A DNA stretch of 64,000 nt from Minutocellus sp. GHC0000111 (taxonomy: Eukaryota), in the NCBI GenBank assembly GCA_977018835.1, contig OZ361259.1, positions 620,001 to 684,000 on the forward strand. The letters run 5' to 3'. A program made the position numbers and the translations under genes. How positions within the stretch are numbered: the first letter of the stretch is position 1; each line of letters starts with the position of its first letter. The notes under the pieces were generated by a model. The model was not told the origin of the DNA. It did not search any database and saw only the letters and a list, made by a program, of their open reading frames with translations. Of the stretch, positions 13,457 through 26,045 are shown piece by piece.

Positions 13457-15425
13457 TGATTTCGAAGAAATGTTACATTCGAGAGCCAGTGTTCAGGAAA
13501 AAAAACGAATACATGTAACGTCGCCGATAACCAATGCACGGAGAGTGGAGGGTGAAGTCGCGCGCAAACGCCGCCGCCGCGTGCGATCCGTGCCCTATGA
13601 CTCGTTCGACTGACTAAATTGACTCACTCGACTTAATTCTGACGAGCCTCAACGCGGGCGAAGTTAGCGAAACATCGGAACCCCCTCCTGCAGCCACGCC
13701 AGACGATTTGAGCCAAACCAGCCATCACACACGTTACTGGTATACCAAAGGCGACAGTAGATAGGATAGTTGGCTGTTTATTAGTTCAAGATAGTCATTT
13801 TAGACGTTCCTCCTCTGCACCCACCCACTTTTGCCACCGGGGGAAAAGTCACGCACAAAAAGCGATGACGACGCACGAAAATTTGCTCTCATTGGCGGCC
13901 GATTCGGGGGCGGATGCGAACAAAAACCACAACAATCAACCACACAAACATTTTCATACATATCTTGGGCGTGTGTCTCTGCATTTCTGGGTGGATTGGG
14001 CGGCTGTGGCTCTCACGGTGTCACTTCTCATCCGCGGCCCTTTTTCGCGCACTCGAACACAGGTTGATTGTTTTGATTTGTGTTTTCTCATGCAACAGCA
14101 TGCCAATCAAGCTGAAACTTTCGCATGCGTAGCGCAATGGTATCGGCCAGCCTCGGGAATGCCCACATCTTGCCTTGCAAATGTGTAGCGGCCAGGAGCG
14201 GGGGTCACCATGATGAGCTTCGTTCGGGAGGAAAAATGGACGGACGTCGGTCTTTCCGTCATCCGACAACGCGAGCGAAGTTAGCAAAATCTCCAATGTC
14301 CTGAAGTGCCTCACCTAAAATGGGACCAACTCCCCCTCGATGGCTCAGCCTGTGTGCGGAATTTTCGAGCCGGACCTTCGATGTCCCCAACCTTGAATGT
14401 GTCTAGAGTGGGGACGCAAGCGAGGCAGGCCGGCTCGATCAAGTCTTTTTGCCATGTTTCAGGGGGAAAAGTTGGTCCGGCAGGAAGTTGCGACTTTTCC
14501 GTGCTTGGAAACACGGACGACGGAAAGACGAATGTCCAGTTTTTGGGTCGAGCGGCTCACCTAAAGCTGGACCAACTCACCATCAAGTTTGTCAAAGAAT
14601 CAGTTCCAGTGCTCTGTCACCGCGCCCTTTCCTCCGCCGATCACCATCACTCCTGCATCTTTGGTCATTTGGGGGGCGAGTCGGCATGGGCGGGGCCTCA
14701 CCGATGATGATCTTTGTGGACACAACAATGGCCGTGGCAAAAAAAGGGACAAGAGCTGCTGAAATTCCGGAAAAACGAGTGAGTGTTCCTCCTTTTCGCC
14801 ACGCACCACCGGACCAGGTGCACAGTCCACCCACCCAACAGCCACTTCAACACTGTGCCGACCATTTGCACACGGTGGCCGGAACATGGCACACATCCTC
14901 AATGCAATCTTCCGGCCAGAAGTGACAGATTGCCACCTCAGCAGAGGCAAAAAATCGGCCTTCAGGTGGATTTGCTGGAACTCTGTCCACTGTTCCGAAG
15001 GACATGTTTGCCCTGAAATGGAAAGAAATTGACAAAGATGATAATCAAAAGCGATGCAGGCGGCATGGTTACACTTACAATCCGTCAAAACAACGAAGTT
15101 GACGACTCTTTTGTGGTTCATTGTTCTTCGTGAAGCCTAGTCTTTCAGCAAAAAGCCTTGCTGCAACAGCACAATCTGTTGCCATGAAACTTTCTCCAGT
15201 TCAAAGGAAAAGTCTTCATTCTACTGTGTAGGTTTGTACCAGAAACCTACTCACATGACTAACAGATACAGCCGTACATGCAAGCACATGTTTTTTGTTA
15301 GCAGTTGACGTTTGTTCAACCTATTTTCCAATCGTTTCACAATGCAAGTGTCATGCCTAGGTGCGTAGATAGTGTTAACAGCACATGCGTGTTTTACAGA
15401 CTCGCTAGCTAGGCCTCTACCTGCG

Positions 15426-15506
15426 CACTCATTTATTTCAGAACCTACCTACGTAGCACAGAAACACTCATTTATTTCAGAACCTACCTACGTAGCACAG
15501 AAACAC
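15426..15506. repeat. 39-bp tandem duplication
   Basis: CACTCATTTATTTCAGAACCTACCTACGTAGCACAGAAA occurs twice in tandem. Confidence 0.95.
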
Positions 15507-15641
15507 CAGCATGTCATGGCACAGCAGGAACCAGTGCGTAAACACCCCTATTTTGCCCTTGGCTTCCTCTCATCTTCCTTTGCTCCTCTTCTGCTGATTT
15601 GTCAGCCCTTTCTGAACAGTGCAATTCAACGATCAAGTTTT

Positions 15642-16424
15642 TCAACAAATTTCATTGACGCCAACAAACTCCCTGCTTACCATTCTGTTCAAACAACAAA
15701 CACCCTCCTCTGCACTAAGAGGATCCATGTCTTGACAATCTCCATCGCAAAAAGCGACCCTGTACCTGCCTCCACCAAGAGCAGCATCCGCTACAGACCC
15801 ATCTGCTTCTCTTGCTCTCTCTGCATACTTTTTCCCAAGCTTATCTCCTGCCTCCTCTTTAACCACATATTCCATGTTGCAAGGGGTCAAACCAAAACAA
15901 AAAATGTATCCAACATACAAATACTGCCCTTTTTTGAGCTCTTCGCGATACTTCGTTCCTGCAGCTTCTCCATCAAAAGAGAAACAACCAAATTTACCTA
16001 ATAATGTTCCCCTCAAACCTTCATCATCCCAATTTCTTTTCTCTAGACTTGCACTTTCTATGCTATAATTCTGATCTGTACCATATTCCTCATCATGTGC
16101 TTTTACTCCATCTTCAACGAAACTTGGCGGGATGAACCATGTGTGTCCATCTTCGTCAAACGTTACAGCATATGTCCAGGGAAATGACCCATCTTGATTT
16201 CTTAATTCTCCAACTCTGCCAACGGATGGTTCCTTTGATTTCCCTTCCTTTTGGAAATAGAAGCACAGCTTACACCCTGTGAAAGCACCCCCATTCAAAT
16301 CGCCACCACCTTCTGATGTTCCATCTTCTGTGCGTTTCCTTTTCCTATTCTTTTGGCTGTCCACTATTGTGCCCTTTTCCACATTTTCTTCCACTTCGCT
16401 CACTACTTTGGACATTTCAATCAA
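15642..16424 (-). CDS. Hypothetical acidic protein or fragment with NLS-like KNRKRKR and possible Tudor-like segments
   Basis: 260-aa purine-biased ORF. WTYAVTFDEDG and RYRVAFCDGDCQDM resemble the Tudor-type YxVxFxDGD motif. Confidence 0.35.
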   Translation of the reverse strand: MIEMSKVVSEVEENVEKGTIVDSQKNRKRKRTEDGTSEGGGDLNGGAFTGCKLCFYFQKEGKSKEPSVGRVGELRNQDGSFPWTYAVTFDEDGHTWFIPPSFVEDGVKAHDEEYGTDQNYSIESASLEKRNWDDEGLRGTLLGKFGCFSFDGEAAGTKYREELKKGQYLYVGYIFCFGLTPCNMEYVVKEEAGDKLGKKYAERAREADGSVADAALGGGRYRVAFCDGDCQDMDPLSAEEGVCCLNRMVSREFVGVNEIC

Positions 16425-17431
16425 ATCTCCTACAATTTCTCCATTTACTTCTTCTCTATGGAATCTCCAAATCTCCTACACCTACTACACTAGTACTAGT
16501 ACCTTTTCCTACCGTCGGCACTACGTCGGTTATGTGCCTACTACTGTGGCCTACCTACTACGTAGTACTACCTGTGCTGCTCTACCTACGTGTACGTAAA
16601 CATTTTTCATATTACTAGTGCTTCTGTTATGTTTCTAGTGCATTGCTTCTCTCCTCACCACATAGGGGACCGAGATGCTGCTGCCACCCAATACTTTAAT
16701 GTTTACACTCTGCCTAGAAGAAGGCCGAATACTTCAATTTTTAAAGTACTATGTTGTTTAAACTACTACGGTACGTAAAACAACATCGTTACACAACTGT
16801 TACCAATTGGCACATCACGTGCTCTCTCTGCCTGCACATGCATGCATTTACATTACATTACACCTTCACTTCCCCAAAGACAGACGGGATTTGAAATCAC
16901 ACTTACACTAATGAAGAAGCCAGGACATGACGTTGCCGACAGAGGGTTGACAAGCACCAAACGAGGGGATTAGCGACGGAGGGGAGGGGCCCTGGGGAGC
17001 AGCCGTGCTACAAAAACACGCGACAATGCATGCACTGTTGAACGGCCGAGTGCGTGCATGTGTTCCTGGCTGGCTGCCAAAGAGCAGAGCTGCTGCTTTC
17101 TGGTGCGAAAGAGCGACCGACGTGGCTGTGCCCAAGAGCTCTCTCGTAGGAACAGGTGCAACGGAAAAAAGAAGATGAAAGACAAGTGCGCCATGTGGAA
17201 GACGCTTTTTTCTGAGAGGGTTAGGGTTCGCCGTCCCGACGCCGCTCAGAGGCCGCCGTCTCGAACAGCTCTGATTGAAAAATACGGTACCGTTCATTGT
17301 GCCAGTATTGTGCACTGATTTTTTTACACCAACACACACACTCCTTTATCTTCTATCGGATCGGCCTAAAGTATTGTTGCCCTCGGAAAAATGTTCATCA
17401 GGGTCGTTTGTTGTGCCGTGAATAGACCAAA

Positions 17432-19078
17432 ATGGCGGCAGTGGTAACCTTTCCTTCCCCATCCAAATCACAGCAGATCTCACTGATCATATTTCTCAGC
17501 ACTGGTCTCATTGTGGTTGCAAATACGATGTTATGCATGATAACACCTCTGGACTCGTCACAATCGTCTAATTTTCGTCGATCTGGCGTCTTCACGCTCT
17601 CACCGCATGATCCTTTTGCTCCTTTTGTGGACATTGAGTTCACCAAATCAACCTTCGATCACAGCAAAACATTGCATTCTTCGGTAAAGTGTGCAAATAG
17701 TGTTCAATATGCAGGCGCTACGGAAGCTGATAGAGCTCACAAAGAAATCATGTCTCGATCATGCAAATATTCCAACCTCTTTTACCGACCAAGTGACAAA
17801 ACATTCCACTACTTCCCCGGGCCAAAGGAAAATGACCTGTACACACTTTTGTCCGAGGAAAAGAATGATACAATTTCAGTTGTCAAAGAGTTCAAACAAA
17901 AAATGAGTGTTTCGATGGATCAATCAATTTCGACTGGATCTTTAGAGAATACAGCTGTCAAATTTCACGCTGCAGCAAAATGGTCACCGATAATTCACTT
18001 TGGAGAGAATCCACCAGAATCATTGTCGTACAGCATTGCAGCGACAGGCAATAGGCAGGATCTTGTATTTACGATGTACCGAACATTTTATGGTTTCAAC
18101 TTGGGCCACTTCATCTGGGACGAAATGCTGCCTCAATTCAATCTTTTGGACATATTTGATTTAGTGGGCAAGCAGACAAGGCATGTCCCTTTCTTTGTTG
18201 AGCTGCCAAGCAGGATTGATGAATGGTATCGATGCCACCCAAATTTTCGACCCCGATTTGACGACTGTGTTAAAATGTATCATAAATGGTTTCCACCACT
18301 ACTAAATGTTTTGACAGATCAAGCAACCGGAGACATATTGCGAACAGGAAACTGGTTGCAAGGCAAAGATGCTGTTGGTATGGGGCTTAACAATGTACCC
18401 GCTGACAATGCAACCACTGAAGAGAAATGGGCAAACACCAAGAAAACAAGAGCTTTTCCCGGGCGCAATTATAACACATTAATGCCCAATACATCTTGGG
18501 TTGTACTACCGACTGCACTGGCGGGCATAGGTCGCTTAAACTATGCTGCGTGCTTTGCTGACTGCACCGCTGGCCGATCGGCGCAACGATATAGATTTCG
18601 AAACTTTGTTTTAGAAAATATTTTAGGAACAAATAGATTCACCGAGATCAATGACAAGACTCCTCAAACATACATTACATTTTCGCTACCAGGTGGCTCT
18701 AGCCGCCCGGGCGAAGTCAGTTTCTTTGAAAATTTTATCTTTGCAGCGAGAGAAAGATATGGGGCAAATCGAATAAGAGTGGAAGACATGGCGAATTTGT
18801 CCTTCAAAGAGCAGGCAGAGTTGACAATGGACACAGCAGTGTATGTCAGCAACCATGGCGGGGGCAGTTCCTCGAGTATATTTCTTCCTAAAGGGTCCAG
18901 CGTTCTTTTATACCACACACCGAATTTGAAAAGAGACCGCATATATTACGAGACTTTGTCTTACCTGCAGACAGTGTGGGTGCCTCTAGAGGATCGCAAT
19001 AACACTATGAAATTGATGGGAGTGGTCGAGGCAGCACTTGAGACAACATCAGGTTTTTATCCAGACTTTTCAATGTAG
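17432..19078 (+). CDS. GT61-like glycosyltransferase, type II membrane protein
   Basis: Intact 548-aa ORF with an N-terminal TM helix, NLGHFIWDEMLP and MANLSFKEQAEL...VYVSNHGGGSSSSIFLPKGSSV. Confidence 0.75.
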   Translation: MAAVVTFPSPSKSQQISLIIFLSTGLIVVANTMLCMITPLDSSQSSNFRRSGVFTLSPHDPFAPFVDIEFTKSTFDHSKTLHSSVKCANSVQYAGATEADRAHKEIMSRSCKYSNLFYRPSDKTFHYFPGPKENDLYTLLSEEKNDTISVVKEFKQKMSVSMDQSISTGSLENTAVKFHAAAKWSPIIHFGENPPESLSYSIAATGNRQDLVFTMYRTFYGFNLGHFIWDEMLPQFNLLDIFDLVGKQTRHVPFFVELPSRIDEWYRCHPNFRPRFDDCVKMYHKWFPPLLNVLTDQATGDILRTGNWLQGKDAVGMGLNNVPADNATTEEKWANTKKTRAFPGRNYNTLMPNTSWVVLPTALAGIGRLNYAACFADCTAGRSAQRYRFRNFVLENILGTNRFTEINDKTPQTYITFSLPGGSSRPGEVSFFENFIFAARERYGANRIRVEDMANLSFKEQAELTMDTAVYVSNHGGGSSSSIFLPKGSSVLLYHTPNLKRDRIYYETLSYLQTVWVPLEDRNNTMKLMGVVEAALETTSGFYPDFSM

Positions 19079-19539
19079 ACTAGGCAAGAAATTGGGTGAT
19101 GTATTTAGACATGCTGCACTAAATAAAGGACAAGAGCCAACACAGCACCAGGTGTATTTGATATTCATAGGGAGAAGATAAATGGAAGTTGCTGGGAGGG
19201 CCAGGGCATCGTCCAATAAAGTTCAAACATTCAACAGAATATAGTGCACCATGGCCGACAATATAAAATAGAATTGAATTGATATTGTAAATGTTTATTT
19301 TGTATTCAGCTGTGGCTGTTCTCCAGCCAAATGTCAGGCTGATTTGATACAAATCCAATGTCAAGTACCACCACAATGTGACGCCGGTAATCTTGGCACA
19401 TGCAGCAGACACAATCCATGCTAGGATTGGAAGCATGGGCGTCACTAATCCAACTACCGCATCGCTCAATCCTATAACACATGCCAACAGCCCTCCGAAA
19501 ATATCAGGGCTCCAAACTAGAGCACATCAACAACGAACC

Positions 19540-19685
19540 TGAGTACGTGCGACACACGATCGGCAACATTTACTATTCCAGATGATGAATTAAACGATCT
19601 TGCTCACGCCATCGCCGAGGGCTTTGCAATCCTGGTCAGCGACGGGGCAGTGGCGAAGAAGCGGGCAGAGCACATGCGTGGGTCG
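19540..19685 (+). mobile_element. Short RNase H-like fragment typical of diatom non-LTR retrotransposons
   Basis: Translates as TFTIPDDELNDLAHAIAEGFAILVSDGAV...AHAWV (compare VSDGS...AW). Confidence 0.4.
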
Positions 19686-19937
19686 AAAGGATTGTCTTGC
19701 ACTTTCAAATAATTTGCTCGAAGCTGATTGGGGTTAATAAGAGAATGTTCTAATGAAGATCCAAACCAAAGAAATAGTTCTCACACAGTAAATACTCTTT
19801 TCCAGAATTTGGATCAGTCCAAACAGCACATGCAGTGACAATTGGGACTTCCTTGATGCTGTCATACTTGTCAGTAAATGGTTGTACCTCACGAACCACA
19901 TCGGAATATGTTAGTACAACCCAATTTTTACCGGCAA
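19686..19937 (-). repeat. 252-bp copy of the Copia protease region at 24700-24951
   Basis: Direct alignment by eye gives about 9 mismatches. Confidence 0.95.
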
Positions 19938-20206
19938 GACAGGACCAGGGTGACTCTTTGGGACAAAAGTGCACACAACGAATCTCTCTTATTGCACTTG
20001 CGTTTGTGTAAAAATAATTCCTAATCAAACAACAAAACAATGCAAACACAATTAAATTCAACGCAGAGGTGCCACTCGTTCCCTAATGTCAACAACACTG
20101 GAATGCAATCCAATCCAATCGACATAAAACTAAACTTTTCTTTCTTTTCTCTTTCTTTTGCTGTGGGTTCTGAAAAAACGAGTGAAATCCGGCGATAGCG
20201 GAATTC

Positions 20207-21277
20207 AGCGTTCCATCCATCGTTGTTTTGTGTTGTCGGCACTCGCGTCTACGGAATGTTCGAAAGAGCGGCAAGTCATGGTCGTCAACTAGGTGCTCCT
20301 TGTGTTTGAAGTGCCGGCGGATTTTCTTGTTGCATGCATCGTAGTTTGTGCTTTCGGGCATGTTTTGAGAGAGATGGGAATGAATGATTGTTGTTGTTGT
20401 TGTCTTCGTTGTCGCCGCCGTTGCCGTCATTGTCATCGTCGTCATCGTAATCTTGAAAGGAAGCAAGCAAAGTGCCGCGAATGAAGTCGATTGCCGAACA
20501 TGCAACCGGACGACAAGCTGTGCTCACTGTGCGTAAAAATCTAGCTGGCATGCCTGAGACTCTCATCTTGTTGTCCTTTCTGTTTGCAGCTCGTGCAATG
20601 TCCTCGGGTGTTAGTTTGGAAAATGCATTGGCGAGAGACCTGCCACGAAGTGGTGTTTTACATTTGATAAATCCGCGCAGTGAGCACAGCTCACAGCTTG
20701 TCGTCCGGTTGCATGTTCGGCAATCGACTTCATTCGCGGCACTTTACTTGCTTCCTTTCAAGATTACGATGACGACGATGACAATGACAATGAAGGCAAC
20801 GGCGGCGACAACGAAGACAACAACAACAACAATCACTCATTCCCATCTCTCTCAAAACATGCCCGAAAGCACAAACTGGACCCAAAACAAATCGCCGCGC
20901 ACGAAAGCACATGCAGCACGTGCACATGTTACAAGTCTTACGAAATGCAGCATCGCATGAAGCAGCAACGAGAGACACATCTGCTACCAACAACATCAAG
21001 AATTGGACATGTCTGGTTCTTTCCCGCGTCAGAGCGCTCACCGGTCTTTTCGTCCTCGAGAAGCTAGACGAAGACCAAGACTGTTCGGTCGACCCAAAAC
21101 TGTGGCGCATGCTATCCTCCACCACGAAGATGGCAGTGTCAAACATGATGCATGCAACAAGAAAATCCAGCGGCACTTCAAACGCAAGGAGCACCTAGTT
21201 GACGACCATGACTTGCCGCTCTTTCGAACACTCCGCAGACGCGAGTGCCGACAACACAAAACAACAATGGATAGAAC
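20207..21277. repeat. Split inverted duplication: ~20343-20533 vs ~20675-20877, and ~20210-20340 vs ~21147-21277
   Basis: The arms are reverse complements, giving the same peptides (HVRQSTSFAAL, RHFK.KEHLVDDHDLPLFRT) on both strands. Confidence 0.9.
20990..21110 (+). mobile_element. PIF1 helicase C-terminal motif fragment
   Basis: KNWTCLVLSRVRALTGLFVLEKLD resembles the consensus NWxYVxLSRVRTLxGLFL. Confidence 0.6.
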
Positions 21278-21577
21278 AAGTAGAAATCGCGATCGGATCG
21301 CGACACGGCAAAGTGGGAGGTGCCGTTTGATCCCCTTCCTCTCTACCATTTGCGCCCAAATCGCGTGGATGGACGCTTCTCATGCGCACTTGTTCGTCGC
21401 GCGTGTCGTGGGAAAGACACAGTGCCAAGCGCGTGATTGTGTTGATTGGACTTGATGCAGCGCATAATTGTTGGCCATCGTGGCCTCCCCGGCGTTGGTT
21501 GTGAACGTCAAGGTTTCCTCCAAGTGCAACAGAGTGAAATCCGACAATGGCGGAATTCACCTCTGTAGCTCATGGCT

Positions 21578-24500
21578 TGTTGACTAACTTGAAACATGAA
21601 AACTACAACTTGCTACTCCACGGACTACCTACTACGTACTACAGACTGCTACGTACACACGTACGTCAACAGGATTTACTCGGTCCCCGCGAATTGATTC
21701 CATCAATAACATGGATCGATTCGACTTATCCAACAGTGTATCCTACACCGACCTAGACAAACTAGGAGTGACTTTGTACAGAGCCTGGTTAAAACCAGTG
21801 TCACGCAACCAGAAAACTGACCGCTGCTCGTCGGGACATCTACATATGAAATATTTAACGAAAAATGAAACCACACAAATAATTCCTCCTTTCAGCTGTC
21901 AAAATCTTGGTAAGCAAATCAGCAAGATTTGTCTGACTATCTTCCTTTCCAACCACCATAATCTTAGCTGCAACTGATTCTCGAATAATGTGATAATTAA
22001 TTGCATTGTGACGCTTGTGAAGAACTGACTGAGGAACACTAACATTCTTGACGACTCCAGCATTATCACAGTAGGTGTAAGCTGGACCTTGAAGATTCAA
22101 TCCAAACATCCTGAGTTTGTACCTGAGAGAAACAATAAGATCACGACAAATGCGCATAGAGACAAGCTTGCTGCCAAAAGTTGAGGATTCGACAGTATTC
22201 TGTCTTTTACTGAACCAAATAATAGGAGCATTGTTCACATAAATGATAATACCACTGTGCGACCGTCTTGTAACAACATTACCTGCATGATTTGCTTGCA
22301 TGTATACTAACCGATCGACCCAGAGGTTCGGGCATCTTGGGAGGCATTTCCTCCTCGACTTCACCATAAAATGATGTCCAATCTGCTGTCTCATTGAATG
22401 CACGATAATCAACCTTTGGCTCCTTGTGATCATATGCAATGCGCCCCATGTTTGGGTGTCCCCGCAAATAGGCAAAGATGTGATACAGGGCATCCAAATG
22501 ACCAACTCTCGGGCTTGCCTGATACTGCGATAACAATGAGACTTCCAGCATTGTGTCCAATCTTCCAAGCTCCACAGCCCATCTCAACATGCCAATAAGC
22601 TGGAGGTACCTGGGAATAAAACAGAGTCAAGCTCAGTTGTAATGTCAACTTCTGGACGATAATTGCTTGGAAGGGGATTCTTGGCCTTTGAAGGGCTTCG
22701 AAGCTGCATGTCTTTGCCATCTTCAGTCAATAAATTCTCGACCACCTTGACTGCATTCTGAACATATGTTTTGGAACTAGTACTCCATACTTCATGACCA
22801 CCAGCTGTCTGCACCTTTGCAACATCAGCTCCCAGATAAATTTCTGGTGCCTTTCGACTCTCTGGCTTAATCTTGTAATGATCATCAATACCATCGGCAA
22901 TTGTGTCACATCGGTGAGAAACAATCAAAATATCATCAGTGTACACAAGCAGCATTTCATAATACTCATATCCATCTGGCTTTCGGGCTCTTTTGATCCA
23001 AACCTTCGGGTCAGCCAATGTAGATTCAAACTCCATGAATCGCAGTGCCTCTGCTAGCGCTTCTCTCCAAGAAAATCCAGAACTTTCTAGTCCATATAGG
23101 CTGCGGGTCAGGACACAAACCTTGCCCTTGTCTTCACCACATTCTGTGCCGCCTTCAAACCAAATCTTCTCGGCACACGGAGCATTAAGATATGCATTCT
23201 CCAAGTCAATTGCCAAAACATCGACATCGTGAAGGGCAGCTGCTAAAAGACCAATTCGCACACTGTCCCTCGACACAACACTTGAATAAGTAATACCATC
23301 CGGGGCATCTGTGGTATGGCCACCTGCACAGTATCTAGCTTTCCTTGTAAAATCCATCTTGACATCAAAAACAATATGATTTCGAATTTCTTGGTAACCA
23401 ATCAATTCACCAACTTTGCCCTTTCGAGCTTCATTGGGAGTAACACCATCCAGAGTCTTCCATGATACCTTGGCCTTAGACATTTCCTTGTTAATAGCAT
23501 CTCGCCATAAAGTGTTGCCATTGATTTCATCCAATTGTAGAGCCTCTTGTACAGATTTAGGAACCCTGACACCATACTTACTTGTGAGTTGTTCTCCAAT
23601 ACTTCTTTTTCACCTTGGAAATAATCCTGTTGCGTCGTCTCAAAACTGTTTTCACCCACCAAGCAAAAGCAGGTTCGTCCTGAATACGATTAGCAACTGC
23701 ATATTCGGCAACTTCAACTGGATTGGAATTCTTGAGATCTTTAAGTTTCACCCAAGAGCTAGAACCGTCCTTCCATGATACTAATAATTCCTAGCCTTTT
23801 GTAGTTGGCTTCCTATGCTTGTTGTGGCCTCGATAAACATAAGCATCTTGCTCTGTAAGACCAGTACCATCCTTTCTGTGATCTTCGATTTCATCAAGCA
23901 ATAAATAGGAGTTGCCTTCATCATCAATCTGTGCATACATATTCTCAGCAATAATATTGGCAGTAACCTTGTCCCGCGTACCATCTGCAAATTCAATCTC
24001 ATAAGCGCGGGTATCAAGGATAGGGTTAGAATGTGCGGTACCAATCGTCTTGCCATCATCAGTACGAGCCCATTTTACAACACGGGCCCCTCGCTCATTG
24101 TTAGTGCCAACATCCATAACTAATTCCATGCCCAAATACTTATCAATCATCTCGTCTTCGTCATCAGGACGCTCATCGACAAGCATGTCACCATATTCGT
24201 CATCTCTAGGTATATTGCGCTCATCACGCCCATCATGTTCAAGTTCATCTGGCAATGGAACATCGGGCAATCGATATTTTTCTGCACCCTCTGGCAGCTC
24301 AACACGGTGATTACTGTCATTTCTCTTTTGTCAACATCATTTCGGGTTGCACAAGCAATATTTTCACTGGCAATCATTCGATCACAAAAGTACTGTAGTT
24401 CTGCATTCCTATAATATCCGTCGGCACTACTCATAGCTTCCATCTCCTTTTTACTCAATCCAGATGCTAATGAACAAATTGTCCTCATTTCATTTTCTTC

Positions 24501-25320
24501 AATGGTACGAGAGACCTTAGATAAAGTGACATTACCAGGGTCCCACTGATCAGCTGTGATCACAATAACAGGAAGGTTAGACATTTCAAATTCAGTTGGT
24601 ACACGAGATTCGAAGCTGACAATCGTCCCCGTGGTATCAAAGGGAATAAAAACATCATCATCGTCATTTGTATTGCCTGAGATGCCAGCATCAGGTTCAA
24701 AAGGATTGTCTTGCACTTTCAAATAATTTGCTCGAAGCTGATTTGGGTTAATAAGAGAATGTTCTAATGAAGATCCAAACCAAAGAAATTGTTCTCACAC
24801 AGTAAATACTCTTTTCCAGAATTTTGATCAGTCCAAACAGTACATGCAGTGACAATTGGGACTTCCTTGATACTGTCATACTTGTCAGTAAATGGCTGTA
24901 CCTCACAAACCACATCAGAATATGTTAGTACAGCCCAATTTTTACCGGCAACACAAGTATCAGCATGTGTGTCCATTTCATTAGTACTGATAGTGCCGGG
25001 TTTTGTCTTATCCTGAGCTCGCAATGAGCTAATTCGGGCAATTCTTTTAGTGGAAATGACAGAAATTGAACGGGGTTTCTTTGGTAAAACATGAATCGAT
25101 CTGTTTGTTCGACACTTGGGGTTAGCTGTAAAGTTTGTGAATTGATGGAGACCAACTAAAGACATCCAAAATGAAATAAAATAAACTGTGAAGGAAATAA
25201 AAGATGTCAATAGTCCTCCAATCATTCAGTTGTTGCGGTAAGCACCAGAACCAAATCCAGATCCATTTTGACTGCCGCGGTCAGGAATGGGCTGCTGCTG
25301 TTGTTGCTGCTGTTGGTTAG
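21578..25320 (-). mobile_element. Degenerate Ty1/Copia (CoDi-type) retrotransposon: gag tail, protease, integrase core deleted, RT, RNase H, possible short 3' LTR at 21578-21671
   Basis: EMDTHADTCVAGKNW (protease); WKDGSSSWVKLKDLK...EPAFAWWV; FDVKMDFTRKARYCAGGH, DLENAYLNA, LVYTDDIL (RT); WFSKRQNTVESSTFGS, CDNAGVV, NLADLLTK (RNase H). Segment 21578-21671 is bounded by TGTTGAC...GTCAACA and follows a purine-rich CGCGGGGACCGAGTAAA on the minus strand. Confidence 0.92.
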
Positions 25321-25689
25321 GCCGGCCCTTGCGGGTTTGCAAAAGACAAAAACATTTTTTTCTTGTTTCTTTTTGTTTTTCCGGTCCTTCCGTCAACCAG
25401 CAAGCAAAAGCGGATCCGCTCGTTTTGTTTTTGCTTTTTGTGCCGCAAGGCCGGATGACAACAAATTGCAAAAAGCAAAATGTAGCCTCTTTGAGCTGTG
25501 GCGCGGCCGCCGATTTCGAATTTCTTCGTCGACGAATGCCGACACGATGAACACAATGTTTTCGTTTTGCTTGGTGTGCATCGTCTCCAGGTGCACGGCT
25601 TTTGCCGATTGCATGGTGGTGGCCGCTCATCGCAGCCGTTTGCGCATGCGTCACGAATCGCAATCGCTACGAGCATCAATCGGTCGATT

Positions 25690-26045
25690 GTTGATGCAAT
25701 GAAGCTCGGCGACGCAGCAAAGTTTGCAGCCGCCAATGCTGCAATCGACTCTCTCAGAGCTCGATGCGAAGTTGCTTCACTGGAAAGGCCAGCCTCCCTC
25801 CTCCGATGCTTTGATGCTGACGACGGCGAGCTCGATCTTGTGGAGCTTTCGCACCACATGATGAAGCAAGCCGATGCTGTCGAAAACAAGCTGAACGACA
25901 TTCTTCTTGGCAACCCCCAGGACAACGAGGAGGTGGGCGATGACAACGAAGAGATGCCGCCAAAGAAGAGGCGCAAGCGCAAGCCGACGCTTGCCAGGAG
26001 GAACGAAAACGGTGAGTTGGAGGCTGTCACTCTCCAAGACTGCAC
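25690..26045 (+). mobile_element. Possible N-terminal fragment of a DNA-transposon protein; strongly TpA-depleted
   Basis: Acidic stretch followed by PPKKRRKRKPTLARRNENGELEAV. It abuts and truncates the neighbouring gene. The family is not securely identified. Confidence 0.3.
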
